Positions 63,691 to 64,000 of a DNA stretch of 64,000 nt are shown one piece after another. The stretch's first letter is position 1. Each line of letters begins with the position of its first letter. Where the stretch lies: the NCBI RefSeq assembly GCF_036365525.1, contig NC_090385.1, forward strand, positions 11,913,658 to 11,977,657, written 5' to 3'. The notes under the pieces were generated by a model. That model had not been told where the DNA came from, made no database searches, and was given only the letters and a program-made list of their open reading frames with translations. Origin of the DNA: Heterodontus francisci. Its lineage: Eukaryota. The position numbers and the translations under genes were made by a program.

Positions 63691-64000
63691 CCCTTCATCA
63701 GTATCCAACTCGAGTATCCAGTTCATAAAACACTATACTTCTGATTTTACTTTTGATAGGAAGTGACAACGTTAAGGCCATACCTTGTTTCCTCTTTGGT
63801 AGAAATGTAACCCGTGTCCACATATCTACTTCCTGCTTCCACTGGTCATAGGGTTCAGAGAACATCAGAGGGTAATAATACCCTGACAATTTCCACTTGC
63901 TTTCTGACATATTTTCCACAATAGCCAGTGAGATTTTAGTTTTCTATGTAAAAAAAAAAATTCCTAGTTTCCAACCTTCAGCTTTAGGCAACCATTCTCT
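63691..64000 (-). mobile_element. 5' gag of a second copia element of the same family (host of the nested insertion)
   Basis: ORF 63698-63919 (YDQWKQEVDMWTRVTFLPKRKQGMAL) is paralogous to 62977-63324; PBS-like AACCATTCTCT at the window edge. Confidence 0.8.

Overview
Eukaryotic, repeat-rich vertebrate DNA, most likely from a shark or other elasmobranch (HE1-type V-SINEs, Deu-domain SINEs, CR1/L2 LINEs and Penelope elements). The first half holds the 3' part of FMR1 (fragile X messenger ribonucleoprotein 1) on the + strand. Eight exons match human exons 8, 9, 10, 13, 14, 15, 16 and 17, with canonical AG/GT boundaries, a stop at 29853-29855 and a poly(A) signal at 30732-30737. No equivalent of mammalian exons 11-12 is seen. 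Inside FMR1 are an intron-containing tRNA-Arg(TCG) gene fused to a SINE and a candidate in-frame 30-nt microexon. Downstream are a decayed near-full-length CR1, Penelope-like elements with hammerhead ribozyme cores, a young RTE LINE with an intact ORF and 10-bp TSD, and self-nested Ty1/copia (GalEa-like) elements. A run of short minus-strand exon-like segments there may be an unannotated gene or pseudogene. Comparisons with human sequences are from memory, and repeat boundaries are approximate unless TSDs or TIRs are cited.
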